Assembly (NCBI GenBank): GCA_964424575.1
Contig: CAYRIV010000014.1
Span: 1,214 to 65,213, forward strand
Length of the DNA: 64,000 nt
DNA from: an uncultured Caulobacterales bacterium
GTDB taxonomy: Bacteria; Pseudomonadota; Alphaproteobacteria; Caulobacterales; Maricaulaceae
Reading direction: 5' to 3'
A program made the translations under genes and the position numbers. The notes under the pieces are model-generated. The model searched no databases, was not told the DNA's origin, and saw only the letters and a program-made list of their open reading frames with translations. Below are positions 1 to 9,241 of the stretch, one piece after another. Positions within the stretch are counted from its first letter, which is position 1; the number at the start of each line of letters is the position of its first letter.

Positions 1-1848
1 GGGAGTGCCTATCGGAGTCAATGATACAGACAGGTCGTAGGGCGTGAATGGACTATTTGATGCCGATGCCGCCGCAGCTATCACGAAATAGTTTCCTGGC
101 GTATCAAAGACGTAGTCCTGCATTATACGACTTGCTGTCCGACTCTGAGTATTAGTAACGCTATTTCCAAACATATCAATAATGTCCAAATTGAAACGGT
201 TGGGTAATAGCGGCGCCCTAAGTTCAGCGCGGTAGGTCCCAGCCTCATCAATAGTAATCGCAAACCAATCTTCGTCTTGTGGAAAGTTAAACTGACCTTG
301 CAACGGCGTCCCTAATTCGAGCGTGCTATCAGTAGCAGGGCCGCCAATGTGATCATCTTCAAGTTCCACAACTCTAAAAGTCCTAGACTCAGCAGCTCCG
401 TGATCAATTGCAATGGCGAAATCTGTGTAAAAAGAATTATTTTCAACGAAGAAAATTCCTGTCGCTGAATTATAATTTTCGATTTCACTAACAGTACTAA
501 AAAAATCCTCGTAAGAGTAAACGGTACTGTTCAAAGGCAACCCGTCTTCCGTCAATATGCGGTAGGATTTATTTTTCTCGACTGAAACGAAAATTACGTC
601 TCGATCACCCTCAGAGTTTTTCACTACTGTCAGTGAGGGTCCGTCTACAGTGATACGACCATTCGTCGGAGTGAAATTTGAATAATCGTCTTGTGAACTT
701 CGAATTTGAATGGTCTCTTCACTAGCGATAAGCGTGCTCACATATGCTGCGTCGATGCCTGCTGGAACGGTTACAGTCAGCGGAGTATTTAATCCGTTAA
801 GCAACAGGTGCTCTACGCCTGTGTGTTGCCCCTCTGAATCCCGAATGATAATTTGAATAATATCTTCTGAGTATTCTGCGGTGAAAGTAAGTGTGAGTTC
901 TTGCGTTGGATCAACACCTGTTAACTGAAGCCAATCGCTATCATTTGGTTCGTTTCCGACGACTGTCACAGCCGGTCCTCCAACCTCTAAAACGCCTTCA
1001 GTATTTACATCGCTTCCAAAATCATCGGGTAACCTCTGCAATTCAAAAGTGGCATCGGGTGCACCATAAGCGTAAGAAATACCGACAAACATCGTGTTTG
1101 AGGTTGCCGTAATTTCCACATACCCATAAAATAGAGACCCCAAATTGCCAAGGTATTCGCCAGATTCGCCATGTAAGCTTACGGCGACAATGTTATCTGA
1201 TTCAGCGGCAAGCGGAACAAAGCGAAAGTCTGTGCCCTCTGTCAAACCCGTAATTTTTATCCAGTCCACATCCAAATTAAAATCGTTACGAGACGTTATT
1301 GCCCCCTCGCCAAGCTGTATTTGGCCTGTGGTAGCTATATCTGCAGAATAATCATCAGCTTCAATAGTTATTAGACTTACCTCAAAGCTTTGAGCTGCCT
1401 CATTAAACTCATCATGACTAAAACTCACAAATGCAATATCATTGTTGTTTGGCAAAGCAACGTTTTGTCCAAGATAGTAATTAGTTCCCACAAATACGAG
1501 ATCACCTTCCGAGTCATAAAAATCTAATAGAATGAGTTCATCTATTGTATTTGACGCAATCTGGTAAGACTGCCCGTCTGCGAGGCCTGATAGTGAGAGC
1601 CAGTCGATATCATTAGTGAAATCATTACTGACAATCACTGACTCCCCATTAACAGCCAAAACACCCGTCGTACTCGCGTCCCCCGCATAATCATCGTCAT
1701 TACCAAGAGCCTGCATCGCGACAATCGGCCCTTTGCTTTGCGTGCTCGTAGCCTCAAAGCTCAGCGGCGCAAAGGTCATGTCTGCGCGCGTGTCCTGCGT
1801 CCCCGTCTCAATCGGTGCGGTAAAATCGTAAAAATCGAATTTGAACAT
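1..1848 (-). CDS. ORF with its 5' end in the window and its 3' end cut off (616 codons visible). Encodes a repeat protein of at least five tandem PPC (bacterial pre-peptidase C-terminal)-like modules, probably secreted or surface-exposed
   Basis: Absent from the supplied ORF track because it has no stop inside the window. Hand translation of the minus strand from ATG 1848-1846 (MFKFDFYDFTAPIETGTQDTRADMTF...) stays open in one frame down to base 1 (...FTPYDLSVSLTPIGTP). I re-checked about ten 60-nt lines and found no stops. The modules repeat a motif of the form DDY-x-x-D...T-x-G-x-L...D-x-DW-x-x-L-x-G-L, for example NDIDWLSLSGLADGQSY, LDVDWIKITGLTEGTDF, NDSDWLQLTGVDPTQE and QDEDWFAITIDEAGTY. 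No N-terminal signal peptide is visible. Confidence 0.6.
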   Translation of the reverse strand, partial: MFKFDFYDFTAPIETGTQDTRADMTFAPLSFEATSTQSKGPIVAMQALGNDDDYAGDASTTGVLAVNGESVIVSNDFTNDIDWLSLSGLADGQSYQIASNTIDELILLDFYDSEGDLVFVGTNYYLGQNVALPNNNDIAFVSFSHDEFNEAAQSFEVSLITIEADDYSADIATTGQIQLGEGAITSRNDFNLDVDWIKITGLTEGTDFRFVPLAAESDNIVAVSLHGESGEYLGNLGSLFYGYVEITATSNTMFVGISYAYGAPDATFELQRLPDDFGSDVNTEGVLEVGGPAVTVVGNEPNDSDWLQLTGVDPTQELTLTFTAEYSEDIIQIIIRDSEGQHTGVEHLLLNGLNTPLTVTVPAGIDAAYVSTLIASEETIQIRSSQDDYSNFTPTNGRITVDGPSLTVVKNSEGDRDVIFVSVEKNKSYRILTEDGLPLNSTVYSYEDFFSTVSEIENYNSATGIFFVENNSFYTDFAIAIDHGAAESRTFRVVELEDDHIGGPATDSTLELGTPLQGQFNFPQDEDWFAITIDEAGTYRAELRAPLLPNRFNLDIIDMFGNSVTNTQSRTASRIMQDYVFDTPGNYFVIAAAASASNSPFTPYDLSVSLTPIGTP

Positions 1849-1968
1849 GAGCCTATCCTAGTAACGCATGAGCAGGCTTTCGGGCGCGCTCATTTGAGCT
1901 GTGTATAGCACAACGCAAACGCGCAATCAAAATAACAACGTATAATACTGACAGATTCTCGTGACGCG

Positions 1969-2247
1969 CTAGCGGGGATTAATTTCTACGCTAAAGGCGT
2001 GTATTTGCGCGACCTCATCTTTGATTGCGTCGAGCACGGCGCGGTGGCGCGCGAGGCGGCTCATGGGCTCGAACACCTCAGCCGTAATGACCACATGAAA
2101 ATGGCTTTCTGCACTGCCGCCTTCTGCCGCGTGTTCATGCGCGCCGCGGTGATGGGCGTGCTTAGAACTCTCATCAATGACCTCCAACTGCGTCGGATTG
2201 AACTTTTCCTCAAGTTTAGCCTTGATTGCTGTGCCGATTATGCCCAT
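1969..2247 (-). CDS. BolA family protein
   Basis: 92 aa. The stretch LEVIDESSKHAHHRG...HFHVVITAEVFEPMSRLARHRAV fits the BolA core. It lies next to the J-domain/cobS/cobT genes, as in many Alphaproteobacteria. Confidence 0.85.
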   Translation of the reverse strand: MGIIGTAIKAKLEEKFNPTQLEVIDESSKHAHHRGAHEHAAEGGSAESHFHVVITAEVFEPMSRLARHRAVLDAIKDEVAQIHAFSVEINPR

Positions 2248-2291
2248 TTTACGCAGTCCTTTTTCATCTTTGAAGAGTATATATAAGCACT

Positions 2292-2906
2292 ATGGCCCGT
2301 CGTTCAAAAATAAAACGCTCTCCGCTCGATTTACGCATCAATCCCCGCGAGGATGAACTGCCGCCTGAGGAAAAGCAGTGCGATTGGGCGGGCTGTACGA
2401 ATCTGGGCGGCTGTAAAGCGCCCAAGAGCCAAGACCGTCTGCGCGATTATTTTAATTTCTGCCAAGCCCATGCGCGTGAGTATAACAAAAACTGGAATTT
2501 CTTCTCGGGTATGTCTGATGCGGACATCACAGAATGGCAAGTTGGCGCGCGCCACGGCCACCGCCCCACATGGGACGTGCGCAAGAACACAGGCGAGCGC
2601 GCCAAAGCCAATAAGAAAAAAGTCGCAGGCGGCACAGCGGCGACAGCCGAAGGCTATTCTATGTTTGGCGACGGCAAAGAAGACATCGTCACACAGCCGC
2701 GCCGCCGCTTGACCAAGATGCAGCTGAAAGCGCTCAATGATCTGGGCCTTGACGAAACCGCGACCAAGGCGGACGCGCGCAAGCGTTACACCCAACTCGT
2801 CAAACAGCTTCACCCCGATGCTAACCAAGGCAAGCGCAATACGGAAGAAAGCTTTCAGCGCGTGGTGAGTGCGATGAAAGTCCTTAAGACCACAGATCTT
2901 GCCTAA
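2292..2906 (+). CDS. J-domain (DnaJ-like) protein with an N-terminal Cys-rich segment
   Basis: The C-terminal J domain reads LGLDETATKADARKRYTQLVKQLHPDANQG and contains the HPD tripeptide. The N-terminal part carries CDWAGC...FCQAH. Confidence 0.8.
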   Translation: MARRSKIKRSPLDLRINPREDELPPEEKQCDWAGCTNLGGCKAPKSQDRLRDYFNFCQAHAREYNKNWNFFSGMSDADITEWQVGARHGHRPTWDVRKNTGERAKANKKKVAGGTAATAEGYSMFGDGKEDIVTQPRRRLTKMQLKALNDLGLDETATKADARKRYTQLVKQLHPDANQGKRNTEESFQRVVSAMKVLKTTDLA

Positions 2907-3272
2907 GTGAGCCAGCTCTCGCGCTTCCTCATCGCAGGCGGGGCGACAGTCGGACTCTATGTCGGCGGGGTCTGGTTTGGCACAGAGGTCATGTCCCTGC
3001 CCGCACGGCCTGTGAACATTTTCTTTTACGTGCTCGCCACCGCGATATCGTTTGTGCTGGCGTATAAATGGATTTTTACTTCCACCGCGAGCAAGAAAAG
3101 CGCACTTCTTGGCTATCTCGCGCTGCAAACCTTTGGCGTAGTGTTCAACGCCGCATGGCTTGAGGCGGGGCTGCGTTTTACGCCCCTCTTCCCATGGGTC
3201 ATAGCCGCAGCTTATTTCGCCGTCTGGCCCTTCCTCTCTTTCACCGTGCAGCGCAAATATATCTTTGGCTGA
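2907..3272 (+). CDS. GtrA family membrane protein
   Basis: 121 aa with four hydrophobic helices ([18 protein letters not shown]..., [18 protein letters not shown]). The GTG start directly abuts the stop of the preceding gene. Confidence 0.65.
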   Translation: MSQLSRFLIAGGATVGLYVGGVWFGTEVMSLPARPVNIFFYVLATAISFVLAYKWIFTSTASKKSALLGYLALQTFGVVFNAAWLEAGLRFTPLFPWVIAAAYFAVWPFLSFTVQRKYIFG

Positions 3273-3349
3273 CAGACTTTTATTTAAAACCGCCAAGCGC
3301 TATAGCCCTTACGTCCGTAGATAGATGGAACCAAAATAAAGACACGCTT

Positions 3350-4336
3350 ATGACCGATACTGCATTCCCCATTATGGCCCCTGATACCACCGTGTCCGCG
3401 CGCGAAACCTTTGGCGTGAACTTTGACATGGATGTCCCTGCCTTCTCTAAACGCTCAGAGCATGTGCCAGAAATTGACGAGGCCTATATCTTTGATGACG
3501 AAACCACGCAGGCCATTTGCGCAGGCTTTGCCTATGACCGCCGCGTCATGGTGCAAGGTTATCACGGCACAGGGAAATCAACCCATATTGAACAAGTCGC
3601 CGCGCGCCTCAACTGGCCGCTCGTGCGGATTAACCTCGACAGCCATGTCAGCCGTATCGATTTGGTTGGTAAAGACGCGATTGTTCTCAAAGACGGCAAG
3701 CAAATCACAGAATTCCGCGAAGGGCTACTCCCTTGGGCGTTGCAAAATCCTGTTGCGCTGACGTTTGATGAATATGATGCAGGTCGTCCCGATGTGATGT
3801 TTGTAATTCAGCGTGTGCTTGAAGCGCAAGGTCGCCTCACCCTGCTCGACCAAAACAAAGTTATCACCCCGCACAAAGCCTTCCGCCTCTTTGCCACGAC
3901 CAACACAGTCGGCCTTGGCGATACGACAGGTATGTATCACGGCACGCAGCAGATTAACCAAGGCCAGATGGACCGTTGGTCGCTTGTGACACAGCTCAAC
4001 TACCTCACCCATGACGAGGAAGAAGCCATTGTGCTCGCAAAGTCTCCGACATATGACAATGAAGAGGGCAAGAAAATCCTCGCCTCTATGGTGCGCGTCG
4101 CGGATATGACGCGTAACGCGTTTATGGCAGGCGACATCTCAACCGTGATGAGCCCACGGACAGTCATGAACTGGGCCGAAAATGCCCGGATTTTCGACAA
4201 CAACATCGCCCACGCCTTCCGCCTGACATTCCTCAATAAATGCGACGAACTAGAACGCCCCGTGATTTCCGAGTTTTATCAGCGCGCCTTTGGGACAGAA
4301 TTGCCAGAGAGTAGTGCGTCGGTGATGGTGGCGTAG
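3350..4336 (+). CDS. cobS: Cobaltochelatase subunit CobS (AAA+ ATPase)
   Basis: The track ORF is 3194..4336. I prefer ATG 3350 ([14 protein letters not shown]...), which gives 328 aa. Walker A is [20 protein letters not shown] and [12 protein letters not shown] match CobS-type sequence. Confidence 0.9.
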   Translation: MTDTAFPIMAPDTTVSARETFGVNFDMDVPAFSKRSEHVPEIDEAYIFDDETTQAICAGFAYDRRVMVQGYHGTGKSTHIEQVAARLNWPLVRINLDSHVSRIDLVGKDAIVLKDGKQITEFREGLLPWALQNPVALTFDEYDAGRPDVMFVIQRVLEAQGRLTLLDQNKVITPHKAFRLFATTNTVGLGDTTGMYHGTQQINQGQMDRWSLVTQLNYLTHDEEEAIVLAKSPTYDNEEGKKILASMVRVADMTRNAFMAGDISTVMSPRTVMNWAENARIFDNNIAHAFRLTFLNKCDELERPVISEFYQRAFGTELPESSASVMVA

Positions 4337-4626
4337 TGGGAATTTTTGGTTTTCTATTTTTCGGATTGGTTGTTTTCTTATTCTTCCGTTCAAATACCAA
4401 ACGGGGACAAAATTTTGTTCGAAGCTATTATTACTTGATGTGCTTGCAAAAAGGTAAGTCGGTAGAGGAGGCTAATTATTTGGCCCGAGATATTATTACA
4501 CCCAAAAGTGACCCGGGCTTTGATAAGCGCCTAATGATAATGGCTGCAGAATTTGCCAAAGAGCACACGAATGGAAAACAATTGCCTATTATAAATGAAG
4601 CAATCGCTTCCGGTTTTATTAAGTAA
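4336..4626 (+). CDS. Hypothetical small membrane-anchored protein wedged between cobS and cobT
   Basis: 96 aa. The GTG start overlaps the cobS stop (TAGTG). The N-terminal helix is FGFLFFGLVVFLFF. The DNA is visibly AT-rich compared with cobS and cobT. I recognise no motif. Confidence 0.4.
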   Translation: MGIFGFLFFGLVVFLFFRSNTKRGQNFVRSYYYLMCLQKGKSVEEANYLARDIITPKSDPGFDKRLMIMAAEFAKEHTNGKQLPIINEAIASGFIK

Positions 4627-4640
4627 TAATGCGCTAACTT

Positions 4641-6449
4641 ATGACCACCCCACCCCCCATCGACACGTTCAAACGCTCCCTTGCGGCGGCTACTAAGGCC
4701 ATTGCGGGTGAGCCTGAGCTTGAGATTAGCTATGGCGGGGATGTCGCAGGGATTGTGCGCGAGACGGTCATGCTGCCGAGCTTACCGCCTGCGCCTAAGC
4801 CTGAACTCATTGCCAAAGCGCGCGGCGAAGCGGACGCGCTCGCCCTGCGGATTTCGCTGCACGACAAAGATATTCACGCGGCGCAGCAACCCACGGCTGG
4901 CCCCGCGCGCGCCATTTATGAGGCGCTTGAGCAAGCCCGTGTCGAAGCTGTCGGCGGGGAGCATCTGCTCGGCATTCGCGACAATCTCGACGCCGCGCTT
5001 GATGCCAAAGCGCGCCGCCGCAAGTGGAACGCGGGCGATATCGCCAAAGACGACACGACCCTGCCAGACGCCATGGGGCTTTATGCGCGCGAAGTTTTGA
5101 CAGGCCGCAAATCCCCTAAAAGCGCGGACGGGCTGCTCGACGTCTGGCGTGAAACGATTGCGACGACAGCTGACGCTAAGCTCAAGAAGCTCTCAGAATT
5201 AATTCATGACCAAGCGAAATTTGGCGAAAGCGTGCAAGACATATTACGTGATTTTGAACTGCTCGACCAAACCTCTGAGCCTGATGAAAGCGAAGATGAC
5301 GAGGAGCAGGAAAGCTCGGAGAACGAAGATCAAAACGATCAACCTGATGATCAACCGCAAGAAGACCAACCCGGTCAAACCGAAGTCTCTGACGCCGACG
5401 CGCAAGAAGATGACAGCGCTGAGCCGCAAGATATGGTCGACGCCGAAAATATTGACGGCGAGCAAGACAGTGACGACCAGACGCCGCAACAAACGCCGCA
5501 GCAAAACAACCTGACCAATCTACCGCCCGCCTACTCGGCCTACACCACCGCTCATGACGAAGTGATTAAGGCCGAGGAGCTTTGCGAGCCAGAAGAGCTT
5601 GACCGTCTGCGCGGCTATCTTGATGGCCATATGAAGGGCTTGTCATCCGTTATTGCGCGCCTCGCCAACCGCTTGCAACGCCGTCTTCTGGCGCAGCAAC
5701 AGCGCAGTTGGACGTTCGATCTCGAAGAAGGCATGCTCGACACGGCGAGGCTGACACGCGTCATCATTGACCCGATGAGTGCGCTGACATTTAAGGAAGA
5801 AAAAGAAACTGATTTCCGCGATACGGTCGTGACCATCCTCATTGATAATTCAGGCTCTATGCGCGGGCGTCCGATTATGGTCGCCGCTGTGTGTGCTGAT
5901 ATTATGGCGCGCACGCTTGAGCGCTGCGGCGTGAAGGCCGAAATCCTCGGCTTTACGACGAAGGCGTGGAAAGGCGGGCGCAGTTTCCAAGACTGGCTCG
6001 CGGACGGGAAGCCGTCCAATCCAGGTCGCCTCAATGACATTCGCCATATCGTCTATAAATCCGCTGATATGCCATGGCGTCGCGCCAAACGTAATCTTGG
6101 CCTGATGATGCGTGAAGGGCTCTTGAAAGAAAACATTGACGGCGAAGCGCTTGAATGGGCTTACCGCCGCCTCATGAGCCGCCCTGAACAACGCCGCATT
6201 ATGATGGTGATTTCCGACGGCGCGCCCGTGGATGACGCGACACAAAGCCAAAATAAATCAGGCATGCTGGAAGGTCATCTGCGCATGGTTATCGACAAAA
6301 TCGAGAACCGCTCCGACGTCGAGCTCGTCGCCATCGGCATAGGCCACGACGTCACCCGCTGGTATAAACGCGCCGTCACAATCATGGACGTAGAGCAACT
6401 CGGCGGCGCGATGACGGAGAAACTCGCGGAATTGTTTGAGAGTAAGTGA
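4641..6449 (+). CDS. cobT: Cobaltochelatase subunit CobT (vWA domain)
   Basis: 602 aa with a CobT-like N-terminus, a long acidic D/E/Q linker, and a C-terminal vWA domain carrying a MIDAS-like [11 protein letters not shown]. Confidence 0.9.
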   Translation: MTTPPPIDTFKRSLAAATKAIAGEPELEISYGGDVAGIVRETVMLPSLPPAPKPELIAKARGEADALALRISLHDKDIHAAQQPTAGPARAIYEALEQARVEAVGGEHLLGIRDNLDAALDAKARRRKWNAGDIAKDDTTLPDAMGLYAREVLTGRKSPKSADGLLDVWRETIATTADAKLKKLSELIHDQAKFGESVQDILRDFELLDQTSEPDESEDDEEQESSENEDQNDQPDDQPQEDQPGQTEVSDADAQEDDSAEPQDMVDAENIDGEQDSDDQTPQQTPQQNNLTNLPPAYSAYTTAHDEVIKAEELCEPEELDRLRGYLDGHMKGLSSVIARLANRLQRRLLAQQQRSWTFDLEEGMLDTARLTRVIIDPMSALTFKEEKETDFRDTVVTILIDNSGSMRGRPIMVAAVCADIMARTLERCGVKAEILGFTTKAWKGGRSFQDWLADGKPSNPGRLNDIRHIVYKSADMPWRRAKRNLGLMMREGLLKENIDGEALEWAYRRLMSRPEQRRIMMVISDGAPVDDATQSQNKSGMLEGHLRMVIDKIENRSDVELVAIGIGHDVTRWYKRAVTIMDVEQLGGAMTEKLAELFESK

Positions 6450-6457
6450 TTTTACTA

Positions 6458-6505
6458 TCCTCACCCTGAGGAAGGCGCAAAGCGCCTGTCTCGAAGGGTT
6501 GGTAG
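6458..6505. repeat. Copy A (forward) of a dispersed ~42-nt palindromic unit, consensus about ATCCTCAYCCTGAGGAGGCGCAAAGCGCCGTCTCGAAGGRTTGG
   Basis: The sequence is tcctcaccctgaggaaggcgcaaagcgcctgtctcgaagggttgg, with an internal GGCGC-AAA-GCGCC hairpin. Related copies lie at 6859-6902, 6994-7039 and 56476-56568. Confidence 0.8.
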
Positions 6506-6507
6506 AT

Positions 6508-6831
6508 TTAAGAGCCTTTGTTAGCAGGACCACGTTTTGACAGTTTTGGAAGAAGCTCAAACTCTCCGTTTATCAGCGCCTCTTTCTTTCGGCGACTCCA
6601 GCCCTTGATACCCCGCTCTGACTCAATAGCATCATCGGCGCGTTCAAATAGTTCCGACCAGACGAGTGTCACAGGACGACGTTTGTAAGTATAAGATTTG
6701 GTATAAATCCCGTCATCATGTTCCGCTATGCGCACATCTAAGTCTTCACCACAGTAAGAGCCCGTATAATAACTCCCATCCGCGCATTTCACGATATAGA
6801 CCCAAATAGGCTTAAACTGGAATTGGTTCAT
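6508..6831 (-). CDS. Small GIY-YIG nuclease family protein
   Basis: The track ORF is 6508..6861. The likelier start is ATG 6831 (MNQFQFKPIWVYIVKCADGSYYTGS...). The GSYYTG motif, ...RIAEHDDG... and GIKGWSRRKKEALI are typical of stand-alone GIY-YIG (URI-domain) proteins. Confidence 0.8.
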   Translation of the reverse strand: MNQFQFKPIWVYIVKCADGSYYTGSYCGEDLDVRIAEHDDGIYTKSYTYKRRPVTLVWSELFERADDAIESERGIKGWSRRKKEALINGEFELLPKLSKRGPANKGS

Positions 6832-6858
6832 ACAAAGCCGTCTTATTTTTAGCCGAGA

Positions 6859-6902
6859 CAATCCTTCGAGACGGCGCGTTGCGCCTCCTCAGGATGAGGA
6901 TA
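6859..6902. repeat. Copy B (reverse orientation) of the same palindromic unit
   Basis: The sequence is caatccttcgagacggcgcgttgcgcctcctcaggatgaggata. Its reverse complement aligns with copy A over about 42 nt. A and B therefore form inverted repeats bracketing the GIY-YIG gene. Confidence 0.8.
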
Positions 6903-6993
6903 TATATGATTGATAGCACACCAAGCAGCTTGGTTGAGAAGTAAAAACAATCTATAAAATTATGCTATTTCCTTTTCAATCCATACTTATCCT

Positions 6994-7039
6994 TCTCACC
7001 CTCATCCTGAGGAGGCCGAAGGCCGTCTCGAAGGATTGG
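6994..7039. repeat. Copy C (forward) of the same unit
   Basis: The sequence is tctcaccctcatcctgaggaggccgaaggccgtctcgaaggattgg. It is inverted relative to copy B across a 91-nt AT-rich spacer. Confidence 0.75.
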
Positions 7040-7109
7040 TTAGAAATCACCTATCACCCCCGCCCCCGAGCGGGGATCTTGCGTTTAGCGCTTGCCTTAA
7101 TATCTCGGA

Positions 7110-7775
7110 TCACGTCCGCGATGACATCGGTGAGTTGAACCGTCCCGCTATCCCACTCAACCCACACCCCTCGAGCGCCTCTGCCGTCCTCTCATTCACC
7201 CCGCCGAGCGCATATATTGGCGCGCCGAGCATGGCGGTAATCGTCAGCAGACGTTTCAGGCCAATTGGATTGCCTGCGCTGGAGCTGTCGCTTGCAAAGA
7301 CAGAGCTAACCATTAGCCCGTCGAGCACAGACAGATCGCCGCTATAATCAATATAACCCTCATCATCATCTCCCTTCATCCCCGCCATAGAGATGAGCCA
7401 ATCAGGGCAGCGCGCGCGCCAAAGCCTCGGCGCGGCGAGCGTTGCGTCGCGTTTGAAATGCACGCCGTCTGCGCCGCATGTAATCGCAAGCTCTGGATCG
7501 TTGCCTATGAGCAGTTGTTGATCGCGCGCAAAGGTCACCTCTTGCAGCCGCGCGGCAATTTCCTCTCGTTTTGCATCCCCAAAATGACGATAGATTATCG
7601 CCGCGCCTCTCGGCATGGCCTTTGCGCTCGCGACGACATTTTCGTGCACATGCGGGTCGCTCATCATCACGAGCGGGCTTAGGCGGCATGAGGCTTTGCG
7701 ATTTTGCGCAATTTCGCCCGCCGTGCGAATAACGGCGCTTTCGCTTTCTCGCCAGTCTTGATAGAGAGCGTCCAT
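7110..7775 (-). CDS. Thiamine-phosphate synthase (ThiE/TenI)-like protein
   Basis: 221 aa. LSPLVMMSDPHV...MPRGAAIIYRHFG...ADGVHF...PIYALGGVN resembles the ThiE-family proteins commonly found divergent from yggS in Alphaproteobacteria. Confidence 0.55.
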   Translation of the reverse strand: MDALYQDWRESESAVIRTAGEIAQNRKASCRLSPLVMMSDPHVHENVVASAKAMPRGAAIIYRHFGDAKREEIAARLQEVTFARDQQLLIGNDPELAITCGADGVHFKRDATLAAPRLWRARCPDWLISMAGMKGDDDEGYIDYSGDLSVLDGLMVSSVFASDSSSAGNPIGLKRLLTITAMLGAPIYALGGVNERTAEALEGCGLSGIAGRFNSPMSSRT

Positions 7776-8484
7776 GAGTGATCCAAATCAGAAAACGCCC
7801 GAACTAACTATCGCCGAGCGCCGCGCAGAGACTCTAGCCGCAATCAAAGACGCTGCCAATGGGGCTGCCGCTGGGGCTGCCAATGGGCGCGACGTCACCC
7901 TTGTAGCGGTCTCTAAAGTTCAACCTGACGCGCGCATTAAAGCGATGCTCAATGCGGGCCAAAAAACCTTTGGCGAAAACCGTGTGCAAGAAGCGCAGAC
8001 CCGCTGGGGGGAGACATTTGCAAGCCACCGCGATGCGCTGACTCTGCACCTCATCGGGCCACTTCAAGCCAATAAAGCTGAGGATGCAATTCAACTCTTT
8101 GACGTCATTGAAACGGTGGACCGCGAAAAACTTTTGAAAGCGCTTGTGAAAGCGTGTGAGAAAACGGGACGTCCCATGCCGCGCCTTTATGTGCAAGTGA
8201 ATACAGGTGAAGAGCCGCAAAAGGCGGGTGTGCTACCTGCTGACCTCCCCGTATTTCTGAAAACAATGCGCACGGATTACGGGCTGAAGCCAGAGGGGCT
8301 GATGTGTATTCCACCTGTGGACGAGGCAGCCTCCCCGCATTTTTGGTTTCTCAAAAACCTTGCGCAGGAAAACGGCGTTAAGAAACTCTCCATGGGCATG
8401 AGCGGTGATTTTGAAACGGCCGTCAAACTCGGCGCTACGAGTGTACGAGTGGGCAGTGCCCTGTTTGGCGCGCGGGAGTATTGA
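7774..8484 (+). CDS. yggS: YggS family pyridoxal-phosphate homeostasis protein
   Basis: Motifs present are LVAVSKVQP, FGENRVQEA, HLIGPLQANK, VQVNTGEEPQKAGV and LSMGMSGDFETAVKLGATSVRVGSALFG. Confidence 0.9.
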   Translation: MSDPNQKTPELTIAERRAETLAAIKDAANGAAAGAANGRDVTLVAVSKVQPDARIKAMLNAGQKTFGENRVQEAQTRWGETFASHRDALTLHLIGPLQANKAEDAIQLFDVIETVDREKLLKALVKACEKTGRPMPRLYVQVNTGEEPQKAGVLPADLPVFLKTMRTDYGLKPEGLMCIPPVDEAASPHFWFLKNLAQENGVKKLSMGMSGDFETAVKLGATSVRVGSALFGAREY

Positions 8485-8512
8485 GCTCTGATTGTAGTGC
8501 TTAATTTCGCTT

Positions 8513-8598
8513 TCCTCGGGTTTATCCCGAGGATCTATTTGCAGAAAATTAAGTTGATAATCACACTTGCGAGTGGGTCCTAGGGTCAAGCCCTAGGA
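8513..8598. repeat. Two similar 8-bp-stem hairpins between convergent genes, probably REP-like or bidirectional terminators
   Basis: The first is tcctcggg-tttat-cccgagga (8513-8533). The second is tcctaggg-tcaag-ccctagga (8578-8598). Both share the architecture TCCTNGGG-N5-CCCNAGGA. Confidence 0.55.
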
Positions 8599-8613
8599 AA
8601 GCGGGACAATAAT

Positions 8614-9120
8614 TTAAGCCCCTATCAAAACCCGCTGCCTGCAATATAACTTTGGCAATAGCCGCACCATATCCTCAGGCGTGAGCGCGACGCACCCCAA
8701 TGTCTGTCTATCATCAGGCTGCGCTAGGTGAATAAAAACAGCGCTGCCTGCGCCGCTCACGGGCGGGCTGTCATTATGGCTCATCACGAGCACGACATCA
8801 TAAGCCCCGTCTTCGCGCCAGAGTTTTTCATGGCTTGCCTCGCTCGGGAGTTTGATGAAACGGTTATAGGCGGGGTGGTCAGGCGCGTCGCACCAGCCGT
8901 CATTTTTCCGCAGAGCACGGAAATTAAGACGCGACCTCGGTACGGGCAATCTATCTGCGCGGTAGAACCCCCACCGCAGTTGGTAATCGCCAAGCGGCGT
9001 CTTTGCATCGCCCTCTTTGCCCTTCATACCTTCAATAAAACCCGCCTTACCAATCCGCACAGCCATAGAAAGTTCGTCGCAACGAAGTGTTTTTTTTGAA
9101 CATGAAATAGAAATATCCAT
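8614..9120 (-). CDS. L,D-transpeptidase (YkuD) family protein
   Basis: GSAVFIHLAQPDDRQTLGCVALTPEDM supplies the His...Gly-Cys catalytic motif, and TPLGDYQLRWGFYRADR lies upstream of it. The true start may be M19 (ATG 9066). Confidence 0.6.
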   Translation of the reverse strand: MDISISCSKKTLRCDELSMAVRIGKAGFIEGMKGKEGDAKTPLGDYQLRWGFYRADRLPVPRSRLNFRALRKNDGWCDAPDHPAYNRFIKLPSEASHEKLWREDGAYDVVLVMSHNDSPPVSGAGSAVFIHLAQPDDRQTLGCVALTPEDMVRLLPKLYCRQRVLIGA

Positions 9121-9241
9121 ATCTCACCCTAGCGCAGAGCGGCAAAACATGACACATTTTTGTGATGCAGCGTGCGCAAACTGCGATTAGGCTTAGGCGG
9201 CCACTTTCGCTAAAGGGGCGCAAACAAATGAGAGAGAGATT

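Noticed and set aside
2331-3296. 321-aa minus-strand ORF
   Set aside because: It is antisense to the J-domain and GtrA genes, which have clear motifs. Its translation is Arg/Ala/Gly-rich, typical of the reverse frame of GC-rich coding DNA.
5206-5514. Plus- and minus-strand ORFs inside the acidic linker of cobT
   Set aside because: They are low-complexity frame artefacts of the GA-rich (D/E/Q-coding) repeat region.
9090-9097. T8/A8 run near the 5' end of the L,D-transpeptidase ORF as a phase-variation tract
   Set aside because: The conserved part of the protein begins after M19 (ATG 9066), so the run most likely lies in the 5' UTR. At eight bases it is also shorter than the two tracts I reported.
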